A stretch of DNA of 64,000 nt from Gammaproteobacteria bacterium (GCA_016125505.1 WGLP01000003.1:501911-565910), one strand, 5' to 3'. Positions 1 through 9,799 are shown, counted from the stretch's first letter. Notes: generated by a model from the sequence alone, not told the origin. Numbers and translations: made by a program.

Positions 1-430
1 GGTCAAAGCCTATTATCAACGCCTCACCAGCGACGACGAGTTCACCCGCATGCAGGCCGCCAAGGCCTGGTCGCTGTGGGAAGGCCGCACCTCAACCCTG
101 ATCGGCAGCCAGAAGGTGCTGGATCATTTCGGCAGCGGCCACACGGCATTGAGTCTCGCGCGTATCGAATGTCATTACTTCATGCACCAGTCGTTTCTGC
201 GCGAAAACCAATTACTGGACGATGCCCAGCTCATCCAGGATATCCCGGGCATCATCGTGCAAGGCCGTTACGATGTGGTCTGCCCGCTGGAAAGCGCCTG
301 GGAACTGCACCGCGCGTGGCCAGGCTCGATTTTGCAAATCATCCCCGATGCCGGCCACTCCGCCACCGAAACCGGTATCACCAATGCCCTGGTCAAGGCG
401 ACGGACGACATGTACCGCGATCTCGAATGA
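1..430 (+). CDS. pip: proline iminopeptidase-family alpha/beta hydrolase, C-terminal part (gene begins upstream of window)
   Basis: Open frame from base 1 through the listed ORF 50..430. Translation (...[25 protein letters not shown]...IPDAGHSA...) resembles the C-terminal catalytic His region of prolyl aminopeptidases. TGA overlaps the next ATG (ATGA). Confidence 0.7.
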   Translation, partial: VKAYYQRLTSDDEFTRMQAAKAWSLWEGRTSTLIGSQKVLDHFGSGHTALSLARIECHYFMHQSFLRENQLLDDAQLIQDIPGIIVQGRYDVVCPLESAWELHRAWPGSILQIIPDAGHSATETGITNALVKATDDMYRDLE

Positions 431-867
431 TTGCGCTGCTGCAACGTGTCACCGCGGCCAGCGTACACGTCGACAATCAGGAGACCGGGCGCATACAACG
501 TGGCCTGTTAATTTTCATCGGCGTGGAAAAACTCGACAGCGAAACCCAGGCCAATCGCCTCATCGAACGCTTTCTTACCTATCGTGTCTTTCCTGATGCG
601 CAGGGCAAGATGAACCTGTGCGTCGCCGAGGTCAAAGGCGGCGTGCTACTGGTGCCGCAATTCACCCTCGCCGCCGACACCCGCAAGGGCAGCCGCCCCA
701 GCTTCTCCTCCGCCGCCCCGCCGGAAAAGGGCTCCGTCCTCTTCGACTACGTCGTCGCACAAACCCGCCGCATGCATGGGGACGTACAAACCGGCCTGTT
801 CGGTGCGGACATGCAAGTCAGCCTGGTAAATGACGGGCCGGTGACATTCTGGCTGCAGGTGCATTAG
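427..867 (+). CDS. dtd: D-aminoacyl-tRNA deacylase
   Basis: 147 aa starting [18 protein letters not shown]...SGPVTFWL, typical Dtd length and N/C-terminal motifs. In frame inside the long ORF 76..867; the 76..426 part is an out-of-frame overlap of pip. Confidence 0.85.
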   Translation: MIALLQRVTAASVHVDNQETGRIQRGLLIFIGVEKLDSETQANRLIERFLTYRVFPDAQGKMNLCVAEVKGGVLLVPQFTLAADTRKGSRPSFSSAAPPEKGSVLFDYVVAQTRRMHGDVQTGLFGADMQVSLVNDGPVTFWLQVH

Positions 868-1073
868 TTTTTATTTTTTATATATAAACTTTCGCTCGCG
901 CCTTGGATACTTTCGTCATTCCGGGCGAACGTCGTGAGACCCGGAATCCAGTGACTTTCTCTTAAAATCTGTTTCGCCCGCCACTACGTGGCTTAGGCGA
1001 CCCACTTTCTTTTTGCTTGTCCAAAAAGAAAGTGACTCGCTTCAGCGAAGCGAAAAACACATTAAACAAATCA
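868..1073. repeat. composite intergenic palindromic repeat: module A (GTCATTCCGGG-N14-CCCGGAATCCAGTGAC, 915..955) plus module B (GCTTAGGCGACC followed by a 13-bp-stem hairpin CACTTTCTTTTTG/CAAAAAGAAAGTG, 991..1034)
   Basis: Module A recurs near-identically at 55026..55066, 51674..51714, 51734..51790 (rc) and 61844..61885 (rc). Module B is identical over 32 bp at 61267..61298, with related copies at 32931..32970, 33382..33415 and 61765..61805. Confidence 0.8.
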
Positions 1074-3137
1074 TCAACCCAACGACCGAATCAAACTCCT
1101 TAATTGCTCCTGATTCACCGGCTTGCTGAGAAACTCATCCATGCCTGCCGCGAGGCAGGTGTTTTTGTCTTCCGTGGTGGCGTTCGCGGTGAGGGCGACG
1201 ATGGGGACATGGCGGCCATCGGTTTCCCGTGCGCGCCATTGGCGCGTGGCTTCGAGGCCATCTACCTCCGGCATACGCATGTCCATCAATACCAGGTCGT
1301 ATTGATGTTGCGCCAGGGCATCCAGCGCCAGCCTGCCGTTGATAACATGCTCGACGCGGTGGCCGTCCTGTTGCAGGAAGGTGGTGATGACCTTGGCATT
1401 GATGGCACTGTCTTCGGCGACCAGAATATTCAGGAAGCGCGAGATAGTCGTCGTGCCAAAGGGCTTTTCTTCACTCTCAGGCGTTTTTGACGTAAGCACC
1501 ACCTGCAGCATTTTCAGCAGGCGATGCGCCGTTACCGGCAGGGTCAGAAACTGGGCGTAGACATCGCGTTCGCTCACACTGATTTCGTGCAGCTTCGCCA
1601 GGTGTAGCAGTTTGCAGATTTTGATCTTGTCACCGTACAGGCTGTGTAGCTTGACTGCCAGCTGACCGCAGTTTTCCCCGCAGGTCAGTTCGCTCAACAG
1701 CACGACCGGCTTGCACTCATCGTTCACTGCCTGTTTCAGGTGGGCAAGCAACTCGTCCTGTTGTGCGGCAAGCAGGTACTCCCAATGCAGGCCATCGCAG
1801 TATTTTTTCAGAATCGCGGCATTGGTCTTGTGCGTTTCGTAAATCACGAGCGGGTGATTCCCGGATAACAGCGACGAGTCTATCTCCCTGGCTGCCTCGC
1901 AACGCCAGGGGATCTCGATCCAGAAGGTGCTGCCTTTGCCGACTTCGCTGTCGACGCCGATTTTGCCGTGCATCAGCTTGACCAGGTTGGCGGCAATGGC
2001 CGTGCCCAGGCCGGTGCCGGTTTGTTCCTGGTTGTGCGCGCCGCCGACCTGATAAAACGGCTCGAAGATCTGCTGGCGTTGCTCCTTGCTAAGCCCCGGA
2101 CCGGTGTCTTGCACCTCGATGCGGATCACCATGCGATCGGCAGGCTGAGCTTGCGCCGTCGGCAAGACGCGCAGGATCACCTCACCCCGCGCGGTAAACT
2201 TCACGGCATTACTGACCAGGTTGAGTACGATCTGGCGCAGGCGCTTGCCGTCACCATAAATGTAATCCGGCAGGCTGGTGTCATAATCGAAAAATACTTC
2301 CAGGCCCTTGGCATTGGCACTGGCGGTAAACATCTGCGCCACACCGAACAGGGTCTTGGGCAGATTGACCTGCTCTTCCTGCAATTGATATTTACCGGCC
2401 TCGATTTTGGATAGATCGAGTACATCGTCGATCAGGGCGTTGAGCGCGGTGGAGGATTCCTGCAGCGCCGAAACATATTCGCGCTGGTCGTGATTCAATT
2501 CAGTCTGATCGAGCAGACTGGTCACGCCGACGATGCCGCTCATGGGTGTACGGATCTCATGGCTCATGGCGGCGAGGAATTCACTCTTGGCCTTGTTGGC
2601 GCGGTTGGCCTCGTCTCTTGCGCTTTTTAAACGCCGCAGCATCATGTCGAGATACAAAGGCATGATGATCAAAAACACGTAATAGGCAATCACGTCATAA
2701 ACGTGGTAGTACCAGGTATCGGTGAGCGTCAGGACAATCGCAAATGCCAGCAGGCTGCACAGGGTCGCCGCAAGCAACGGGCCGCGGCCATAGCGCAGGG
2801 CATAACTGACAAAATACCAGGCATAGAACAGAAAGAACGGACTGAACGGACCGTCTTCGGTAAACAGCATGGCAATACTGATCGCCGCGACGTCGAACAA
2901 AATCGTGAGATAAGGCCGCCACCATACCCGCGCCCAATACAACACACTGACGAACACCGTGGAACTGTAGAGCAGGAAGCCCAGGGAAAAGTAAATATAA
3001 AAATCCCAGATCGGCTCATAATAGTGCGTCCACATGGCGAAGCCGATAAACAGGGTGGACACCAACCAGAAACCATACCGAATAATGGCGGAAGTGAATT
3101 CCGGACTGTGTCTGGCTGCTCGAAAGTTTATTTTCAT
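1074..3137 (-). CDS. hybrid sensor histidine kinase/response regulator (membrane N-terminus, HisKA, HATPase_c, C-terminal receiver)
   Basis: 687 aa with a hydrophobic N-terminal ~170 aa, H-box SHEIRTPMSGI, G-box DTGPGL...GTGLGTAI, and a C-terminal REC with ILVAEDSAINAKV...DLVLMDMRMPEVDG. Confidence 0.9.
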   Translation of the reverse strand: MKINFRAARHSPEFTSAIIRYGFWLVSTLFIGFAMWTHYYEPIWDFYIYFSLGFLLYSSTVFVSVLYWARVWWRPYLTILFDVAAISIAMLFTEDGPFSPFFLFYAWYFVSYALRYGRGPLLAATLCSLLAFAIVLTLTDTWYYHVYDVIAYYVFLIIMPLYLDMMLRRLKSARDEANRANKAKSEFLAAMSHEIRTPMSGIVGVTSLLDQTELNHDQREYVSALQESSTALNALIDDVLDLSKIEAGKYQLQEEQVNLPKTLFGVAQMFTASANAKGLEVFFDYDTSLPDYIYGDGKRLRQIVLNLVSNAVKFTARGEVILRVLPTAQAQPADRMVIRIEVQDTGPGLSKEQRQQIFEPFYQVGGAHNQEQTGTGLGTAIAANLVKLMHGKIGVDSEVGKGSTFWIEIPWRCEAAREIDSSLLSGNHPLVIYETHKTNAAILKKYCDGLHWEYLLAAQQDELLAHLKQAVNDECKPVVLLSELTCGENCGQLAVKLHSLYGDKIKICKLLHLAKLHEISVSERDVYAQFLTLPVTAHRLLKMLQVVLTSKTPESEEKPFGTTTISRFLNILVAEDSAINAKVITTFLQQDGHRVEHVINGRLALDALAQHQYDLVLMDMRMPEVDGLEATRQWRARETDGRHVPIVALTANATTEDKNTCLAAGMDEFLSKPVNQEQLRSLIRSLG

Positions 3138-3169
3138 CGTTGTTCCTGCTAACCTTCCCGACCGGTTAA

Positions 3170-3625
3170 GTGCAGACTACAAGCACATTTATGACAGATT
3201 CAGCGGATTATAAGCCAATTGAGGTCCAGGTTAACCTGGCGCAGGATAAGTGTTCCCAATGCAAGGGTTCGCTGTGTTGCAATTACATTACCCAACCCAT
3301 TGCGACGCCGCGCTCCATGACGGATTTCGATACCTTGTTATGGCAACTTGCGCATCACCAGATCCAGGCCTACAAGGACGAGGGTAGCTGGTATTTGCTG
3401 GTGTATTCGCGTTGTCGCTTCCTGCTGGATAATGGCCGCTGCGGCGTCTACGAAACGCGGCCGCAACTATGCCGGAATTACAGTAACGATTATTGCGAAT
3501 TCGACGGCCCGGCCGAAGAAGGCTTTGAGTTGTTTTTTGACGGTTACGAATCCCTGCTGGCCTATTGCCGCAAGCGTTTCAAGAGATGGGACAGCCGCTT
3601 TACGCCGCCGGTAATATCTGATTAA
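3170..3625 (+). CDS. YkgJ/UPF0153-family Cys-cluster (putative Fe-S/Zn) protein
   Basis: CSQCKGSLCC ... RCRFLLDNGRCGVYETRPQLCRNY matches the CxxC...CC ... C..Y..RP..CR.Y architecture of the YkgJ/FliB family. The start could instead be the ATG at 3191. Confidence 0.65.
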   Translation: MQTTSTFMTDSADYKPIEVQVNLAQDKCSQCKGSLCCNYITQPIATPRSMTDFDTLLWQLAHHQIQAYKDEGSWYLLVYSRCRFLLDNGRCGVYETRPQLCRNYSNDYCEFDGPAEEGFELFFDGYESLLAYCRKRFKRWDSRFTPPVISD

Positions 3626-4256
3626 AACTTTCGATCGCCTCGAATTCATCAATCGCCCGGGCGGGGGTCTTGCTGTCCGGACTGATCACGGATAACAACC
3701 ACCTGATGCCGTAGCCGCGCGCCGAACGCAATACCGGCAGGCTGTCGTCGATTAACAGTGTCGAGGCATTTTCAAACGGCAGGCGTGTCTGCAACTTGTC
3801 CCAGAACAAGGGATTTTCCTTCGGCATGCCGAATTCATGCGCGCAGATCACATGATCGAGGTGATTATGCAGGGCGGTGCGTTCCAGTTTTAACATCAGG
3901 CTCTTTTGATGGGCATTGGTGACCAGGGCCAGGGTTTTGCCGGCCTTGCGTACCCGATCGAGAAATTCCAGCACGAAGGGATGGATCGCGATGAGGTGAT
4001 CCACTTCCGCCTTGAGCAGGGCGATGTCCAGGTCCAGCGTCTGGGTCCAGTAATCGACGCAATACCATTCCATGGTACCTTCCTTCTTGCGGAAGATCGG
4101 AAACAGCGTGTCCTTCGCGTGTTCGACGCTGATTTGATGTTTCTCGGCGTAGCGCAATGGCACATGCTCCCGCCAGAAATAATTATCGAAGTGCAGGTCC
4201 AGCAGGGTGCCGTCCATGTCGAGTAAGACCGTATTGATCTCTTGCCAATTCACCAT
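3600..4256 (-). CDS. yrfG: HAD-family hydrolase, GMP/IMP nucleotidase YrfG-like
   Basis: 218 aa with HAD motif I LLDMDGTLLD, a conserved K, and motif IV LLIDDS. Confidence 0.75.
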   Translation of the reverse strand: MVNWQEINTVLLDMDGTLLDLHFDNYFWREHVPLRYAEKHQISVEHAKDTLFPIFRKKEGTMEWYCVDYWTQTLDLDIALLKAEVDHLIAIHPFVLEFLDRVRKAGKTLALVTNAHQKSLMLKLERTALHNHLDHVICAHEFGMPKENPLFWDKLQTRLPFENASTLLIDDSLPVLRSARGYGIRWLLSVISPDSKTPARAIDEFEAIESFNQILPAA

Positions 4257-4412
4257 AATGTAAGGAATCCGACGCCGGTATGTCGTGTCGCAGATTGTAT
4301 CATGCTGGCGGCAGCGGTATCGCCGGCCGGTGACTTACATGGCAATAATGCGATAAAGCTGGCAGAATAGCCGAATACTCATCAACCCGACTGTCACCAT
4401 CCATAATCCCTT

Positions 4413-5213
4413 ATGAACCACGCCGAGCTCAAGGCACTACTCGAAGGCAGCGTGAAACTGGCCAAGGAGGCCGGCGAACGCATCATGACCATCTACGACC
4501 GGGATTTTTCCGTGGTGAAGAAGGACGATAATTCGCCGGTCACCGAGGCGGACATGGCCGCCCACGCCGTGATCGACGACGGTCTGGAAGATATGGCACC
4601 GGACTATCCTTTGTTATCCGAAGAATCCGCGGCCATCCCGTTCGAGGATCGTGCACGCTGGGAGTATTACTGGCTGGTCGACCCGCTGGACGGCACCCGC
4701 GAATTCATCAAGCGTAATGGCGAATTCACGGTAAATATCGCATTGATTCATGAGCACCGCGCCATTCTGGGTGTGGTGTATGCCCCCGCCCTGTCGCTGT
4801 GTTATTACGGTGCGCAAGGTCTGGGTGCCTTCAAACAGGACGGCGACAAGCCCCCGGTTGCGATCCACGTGCAATCCAGGCACCGCGACAAGGTTGTCGT
4901 CGCCGGCAGCCGCTCGCATCGCGGAGAATCGCTCGATCGCTTTCTGACGAATCTGGGCGAACACGAATTACTGAGCATGGGCAGCGCACTGAAATCCTGT
5001 CTGGTAGCCGAAGGCGCTGCCGATATCTACCCGCGCCTGGGCCCGACCTCGGAGTGGGATACCGCCGCCGCGCAGTGTATCGTGGAAGAAGCCGGCGGGA
5101 GCCTCACCGATATGCAGATGCAGACCCTGCTCTACAACACCAAAGAGAGCCTGCTCAATCCGCACTTTTTCGTGTTCGGGGACAATAGCGTCGACTGGTC
5201 GCAATACCTCTGA
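4413..5213 (+). CDS. cysQ: 3'(2'),5'-bisphosphate nucleotidase CysQ (inositol monophosphatase family)
   Basis: 266 aa with the inositol-monophosphatase metal-binding motifs (EE...DPLDGT...) at CysQ-like length. Confidence 0.8.
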   Translation: MNHAELKALLEGSVKLAKEAGERIMTIYDRDFSVVKKDDNSPVTEADMAAHAVIDDGLEDMAPDYPLLSEESAAIPFEDRARWEYYWLVDPLDGTREFIKRNGEFTVNIALIHEHRAILGVVYAPALSLCYYGAQGLGAFKQDGDKPPVAIHVQSRHRDKVVVAGSRSHRGESLDRFLTNLGEHELLSMGSALKSCLVAEGAADIYPRLGPTSEWDTAAAQCIVEEAGGSLTDMQMQTLLYNTKESLLNPHFFVFGDNSVDWSQYL

Positions 5214-5257
5214 CAGCCCGCTGATACTAAGCTGCAACAAAAATTTAGCGGGAGTGT

Positions 5258-5479
5258 TTATTTGCTGCGGCGCGTGTATACCGCCATGATTGACAACAGT
5301 TCCGCCAAGACCTGCTGGCCCTGTTGCGGATTGAGATCGCGCATCAGCGCAGGATATTCGCCCCGTTCTATCTGTTTAATATAATCATTTACCGCGGTAC
5401 AACCATCTTCACAAAGTCGATCTACGATGGTCTGTAATGCAGGTTCGAGCATGGCGGAAGTTCTTGTTGGCTGGGGCAC
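5258..5479 (-). CDS. small hypothetical protein (64-73 aa) next to a rhodanese
   Basis: ORF with protein-like composition (LEPALQTIVDRLCEDGCTAVNDYIKQIERGEYPALMRDLNPQQGQ...). The start is ambiguous (GTG 5479 or ATG 5452) and no clear SD is present. Confidence 0.4.
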   Translation of the reverse strand: MPQPTRTSAMLEPALQTIVDRLCEDGCTAVNDYIKQIERGEYPALMRDLNPQQGQQVLAELLSIMAVYTRRSK

Positions 5480-5560
5480 AAAGTATAGATGAAGACATCG
5501 CGGACGACCACCGCCACCTGTCGTAACACGTTCTTACACAGTGAATTCAGACCGAATAAC

Positions 5561-5989
5561 TCAGCATTGCTCCCAGGGCAGACCTTCGAAGCGCCAGCCA
5601 CCCAGCGTACTGCGATGATGATGATCGTCCAGTTCGCCCTCGAATCCGTCGGCAATGTTATAGACGTTCTTGACACCCTGTTGCACCAGTAACTCGCCCG
5701 CCTCCCTGGAACGTTTACCGCTGCGGCAGATCAACATGACCGGCACGTTCTGCCCCGACTCGGTATGCGCCAGGCCACCCAGCATCAACTGGCGGATTTC
5801 CCGCACGAAATTGGGATTGATCGTCCAGTCCGGCTCGTCGATCCAGGGCACGTTTATCGCCCCCACCGGATGGCCAATGAATAAAAACTCCATATGGGAA
5901 CGCACGTCCACCAGCAGCGCCTTGGGACTGTCCTGCAGTAATTGCCAGGCGTCCCGGGAACTGATCGTGCTCAATTGCTTTTCCGTCAT
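5561..5989 (-). CDS. single-domain rhodanese-like sulfurtransferase
   Basis: 142 aa with rhodanese fold motifs (LLVDVRSHMEF...) and an active-site loop CRSGKRS carrying the catalytic Cys. Confidence 0.8.
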   Translation of the reverse strand: MTEKQLSTISSRDAWQLLQDSPKALLVDVRSHMEFLFIGHPVGAINVPWIDEPDWTINPNFVREIRQLMLGGLAHTESGQNVPVMLICRSGKRSREAGELLVQQGVKNVYNIADGFEGELDDHHHRSTLGGWRFEGLPWEQC

Positions 5990-6023
5990 GACCTCACCTC
6001 GTTAACAGAAACCAACGTCCAGC

Positions 6024-8489
6024 CTAGACCGACATCGTTTGTTCCGCTTTCACCGTATCCAGCCACAGACTGGGCCTGGCGATGGCGTGTCCCTGCGCAT
6101 ATTCCACACCCATCTGCTCCAGCAGCTTCAGAATCGCATCCGATTCGACATATTCGGCAATCGTCTGCTTTCCCGACAGCGACACGACCTTGTGGATAGA
6201 CTCTACCATCGCATAATCAATGGCGTCATTGTCGATATCGCGAATGAAGGAACCATCAATCTTCACGTAGTCGACCGGCAGGTTTTTCAAATACCCCAGT
6301 GACGAGACTCCGATCCCGAAGTCATCGATGGCAAACTGGCAGTCGTACTTCTTCAGCTCCTCGATAAAGGTAATGGCCTTGGACAGATTGGTGATTGCGG
6401 TGGTTTCGGTAATTTCAAAACAAAGCATCCTGCCCGGCATCACGCCCTCGCGCAGACGCGACGAGATGTATTCCAGCATCTTTTCGTTCACCAGCGATAA
6501 ACCGGACAGGTTGATATTGACGGTACAGGACTGCGCATTAGCGCAAACACCGTTGTTTTCCGCCAGCTCAAATACCTTGCCGATGACCCAGCGATCCACA
6601 TCCTGCATGAAATGATAACGCTCCGCGGCGCTGATAAAGGCGCCGGGCAGAATGATTTCTCCGTGCGAGTTGCGCAGACGTAACAGTACCTCATAGTGCT
6701 GCTCGCGGCCGCGACCGTTGATGCGCAATATCTCCTGCTTGTAGAGCACCAGACCGTTTTGCTCCATGGCCTCGCTCAACTGCGTTACCCGATTGATCTC
6801 GTTATGGCGCGCAAGCATTTCCTCGTCCTGCGCGACGTAGATGTGGATGCGTGTGCCGCCTTTCTCCTTGGCAATGAAACAGGCCATGTCCGCATACCGC
6901 AAGGAATCACGGATATTGGCGATGTGTCCGTCCAGAAACACCATGCCCAGGCTCGCACCCACGGAAAAGGTGCGCTCCAGCCAGGCGAAGCGATAACTGC
7001 GTATGGTCTTCAGGAGTTTGTCCGCCTTGGCCTCCATTTGCGCCCTGTCAGCTGCGTGAATGATCGCGCCAAATTCGTCGCCGCCGATCCTCGCCAGCAT
7101 ATCGGTGGCATCGATTTGCATCGCCAGCAACTCCGAGAGCTGCCTGAGCAGTTCATCACCCGCATGATGACCGCAACTGTCATTGACCAGTTTGAAATGA
7201 TCCAGATCGATATAGACCACGGCCGCGACACCTGATGCCAGCTCCTGCGTCCCTTCCAGCCTGTCCAGGTGCTGTTCGAACGCATAACGGTTATGCAGGC
7301 CGGTGAGACTGTCATGGGTGGCGATATGCGACAGTTGCAATTGATGCAGTCGTTCGCGCGTCACATCATTCATCACGATAATCAGACCGATCAACTCCTG
7401 GGCCTGACTGAAGATAGGCGCAATACTCATGCGCACCGCCGTCCCCTTGACCGCATGATTCCCCACCAGATAACGCATGGGATCGACGACCACGCAACGA
7501 TTGCGGATGGCAATCGCGATCTTGTCCTCAAGCGCTTGTGCGGTTTCCTCATCGATCAATGTCACTGCGTCGTGAAAATACTTGCCGCGGACCTCCTGCG
7601 AACTGCAATCGAGGATCTGTTCCGCACGTTCGTTGACATACACGATATTCCCTCGCGCATCGGTTGTCACAATGCCTTCCGCGATGGAACGCAAGGTGAT
7701 TTCCGCCGCTTCCTTTTGATTAAACAATTCTTCTTCGATTCGCTTGCGTTCTTCAATTTCCGCATTCAGGTTCTCGTTGAGCCGGCTCAATGCCGTCGTC
7801 CGCTCTGCCACCCGTTGCTCCAGCCGATCCCGGGCATTCCTCAGGTGTTCGCTCATCGTCGATAACTGGTCAAGCAATTCACCATTCAGGTATTGCATTC
7901 TAAAGGTCTTGATCAACGTCGCCTCTGCCCGTCGCGTGATCAACATCATCGCCACCAGATAGATAAAGGCCAGCACTGCCACGCTCATCTGTATGACTTC
8001 ACTTTGCAGATAAAGACTGATCAGAACGGGCACCAGCATCGGTATGGCAAACGCATAATAAAGCCTGTGCAATGGATACATAATCGCGACCGCGCCGCTG
8101 AGCATGGCCGCCATGACAACCATCACGAATCCCTGATGCAAGGGGCTATCCACGGGAAACAGAAGCGAACCAAGTAAACCCCAGAGCACGCCACTGATAA
8201 CGACGGAGACCAGATAGCGCCGGTAATGCAACTTGAGTTCATCCGCATCAAGCTGCTCCAGCACACGCAGGCTATGCTGCACGAACAACACCCGACCCAC
8301 ATTCGTGACAACCATCAACGCAAGCCAGGTCAACAGGCGCTCCGGCGTGACCACCGGCCACAATACATAGGTTACCGCTGCCGCCACACCGATATTCACC
8401 ACAAACCCGATGTAATACTGCTTCAAGACCAGCTGCAGCCGGGACCGAAAGATTAACTGTTCCTGTGAGAGCGCTTGTGCGTCTGTCAT
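6024..8489 (-). CDS. membrane-anchored PAS/GGDEF/EAL protein (diguanylate cyclase/phosphodiesterase)
   Basis: Multi-TM N-terminus, coiled-coil, PAS-like region, GGDEFGAI motif, and an EAL domain (EVLLRL..., DDFGIG). The ORF track starts at 8714, but the first 75 codons look non-coding. The ATG at 8489 precedes the hydrophobic region and is the preferred start. Confidence 0.85.
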   Translation of the reverse strand: MTDAQALSQEQLIFRSRLQLVLKQYYIGFVVNIGVAAAVTYVLWPVVTPERLLTWLALMVVTNVGRVLFVQHSLRVLEQLDADELKLHYRRYLVSVVISGVLWGLLGSLLFPVDSPLHQGFVMVVMAAMLSGAVAIMYPLHRLYYAFAIPMLVPVLISLYLQSEVIQMSVAVLAFIYLVAMMLITRRAEATLIKTFRMQYLNGELLDQLSTMSEHLRNARDRLEQRVAERTTALSRLNENLNAEIEERKRIEEELFNQKEAAEITLRSIAEGIVTTDARGNIVYVNERAEQILDCSSQEVRGKYFHDAVTLIDEETAQALEDKIAIAIRNRCVVVDPMRYLVGNHAVKGTAVRMSIAPIFSQAQELIGLIIVMNDVTRERLHQLQLSHIATHDSLTGLHNRYAFEQHLDRLEGTQELASGVAAVVYIDLDHFKLVNDSCGHHAGDELLRQLSELLAMQIDATDMLARIGGDEFGAIIHAADRAQMEAKADKLLKTIRSYRFAWLERTFSVGASLGMVFLDGHIANIRDSLRYADMACFIAKEKGGTRIHIYVAQDEEMLARHNEINRVTQLSEAMEQNGLVLYKQEILRINGRGREQHYEVLLRLRNSHGEIILPGAFISAAERYHFMQDVDRWVIGKVFELAENNGVCANAQSCTVNINLSGLSLVNEKMLEYISSRLREGVMPGRMLCFEITETTAITNLSKAITFIEELKKYDCQFAIDDFGIGVSSLGYLKNLPVDYVKIDGSFIRDIDNDAIDYAMVESIHKVVSLSGKQTIAEYVESDAILKLLEQMGVEYAQGHAIARPSLWLDTVKAEQTMSV

Positions 8490-8707
8490 GGCAACGTACT
8501 GACTCCGCGAGTGGGATTTTTTGACACCCAGGCGTATGCCGACAATAAATGTAATGAATCGCGTGCACACACGGCTGAATACAAAATATATAGCATAGCT
8601 ATCACCGGGATCTTGCCGCTGGCGGCGTCGAAATTGCTTTTTTTCACAGACGCTCAGCGCTGACCCTGCATAACACACGTAAAGCCGTATCACTGCCGGG
8701 ATTTGCC

Positions 8708-8736
8708 TTGACATCTGCGGACGGTCTTTGTTTTAT
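8708..8736 (+). promoter_or_regulatory. candidate sigma70 promoter (TTGACA-17 nt-TTTTAT) for the peptidase/ATP-grasp operon
   Basis: TTGACA at 8708..8713 and TTTTAT at 8731..8736, about 17 nt upstream of the preferred ATG at 8753. Spacing is consistent with a short leader. Confidence 0.3.
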
Positions 8737-8752
8737 TAAAGCGATACCCGCC

Positions 8753-9799
8753 ATGAGCAAAGCCAAGACAACAAAAGCGCGTCGAACCCCCTATGCGTGG
8801 GCACGTAAGCACAAGGAAACGCTGCTCGATATGCGCATCTGTGATCTGCATTTACGCCTGGAGAAGAGCGCCATCTCTCCCCAGATTACGCAGCTCTACC
8901 ACGAATTGCAGCGCAAACAGCTGAAATTCCGGCCGCATTTCTGGTTCTCCGACGAGTGGTACTGTCCGGATGGCATACCGGGGGTGGCCATCCCGTTTTT
9001 TCTGGCACACCCGAAACTGCGGCAACTGGAGCTGGACTTCATGCTGGAAGTCGAAGGCGGCGATCCGCGCTGGTGCATGAAACTGTTGCGGCACGAAACC
9101 GGGCATGCTCTGCTTAATGCCTATAAACTCACGCAGGACCGCGGTTGGCGCGCCGCCTTCGGTAATCCCAACGCCGCCTACAGGGATACCTACCTGCCGC
9201 AGCCCTACAGCAAGCGTTTTGTGATCAACCTGCCGGGCTGGTACGCACAAAGCCATCCGCATGAAGACTGGGCCGAAACCTTCGCGGTCTGGCTCGACCC
9301 GCGTTCCGACTGGCGCCACCGCTACCAGCACTGGCACGCCATCCACAAACTTCGCTACGTCGACGAACTCATGCAGCGCATCGCCGCGAAAACGCCGCTG
9401 CTGCGCAACAAGCACACCGAATATCCGGTCGAGAAGATCAAACTGACCCTGCGCGAGTTTTACGAAGACAAGCGCCGCCGCTATGGCATGGACAGCCCGG
9501 AGTTCTTCGATGTCGACTTGCGTAAACTGTTTGGCGACAAAGAGGAGCTGCCGCACGGCGAGAAGGCCTCGCGCTATCTGCGCACCGCCACCAGGACGAC
9601 GCTGCACATTGTCGAGCGTTGGACCGGTGAATATAAATATCGAATCAATGAAGTAATAAAGGATATGATTAAGCGTTGCGATGAACTGGAATTGCGCGCC
9701 GACAGCGCCAATCCCGATTTATTATCCAACCTGATTTCCTGTGTCACCATGGTGGTCATGAACAAACTGCATAGCGGAGGATTCCATCTCGCCCGATGA
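8753..9799 (+). CDS. putative zinc metallopeptidase (HExxH; Peptidase_Mx-like family that pairs with ATP-grasp enzymes)
   Basis: HETGHALLNAY (HExxH) plus a downstream EDWAETFA. ~350 aa with 4-bp ATGA coupling to the following ATP-grasp gene. The track start at 8708 is a TTG; the ATG at 8753 is preferred. Confidence 0.65.
   Translation: MSKAKTTKARRTPYAWARKHKETLLDMRICDLHLRLEKSAISPQITQLYHELQRKQLKFRPHFWFSDEWYCPDGIPGVAIPFFLAHPKLRQLELDFMLEVEGGDPRWCMKLLRHETGHALLNAYKLTQDRGWRAAFGNPNAAYRDTYLPQPYSKRFVINLPGWYAQSHPHEDWAETFAVWLDPRSDWRHRYQHWHAIHKLRYVDELMQRIAAKTPLLRNKHTEYPVEKIKLTLREFYEDKRRRYGMDSPEFFDVDLRKLFGDKEELPHGEKASRYLRTATRTTLHIVERWTGEYKYRINEVIKDMIKRCDELELRADSANPDLLSNLISCVTMVVMNKLHSGGFHLAR

Noticed and set aside
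76-867. 263-aa ORF spanning pip and dtd
   Set aside because: Its 5' part (76..426) is an out-of-frame overlap of the pip coding region with Arg/Pro-rich junk translation. Only the dtd frame from ATG 427 is credible.
8490-8714. N-terminal 75-codon extension of the GGDEF-EAL ORF
   Set aside because: Composition (CYAGSALSVCEKKQFRRRQRQ...) is non-protein-like and precedes the first TM region. ATG 8489 gives a sensible N-terminus. The extension would also consume the divergent promoter region.
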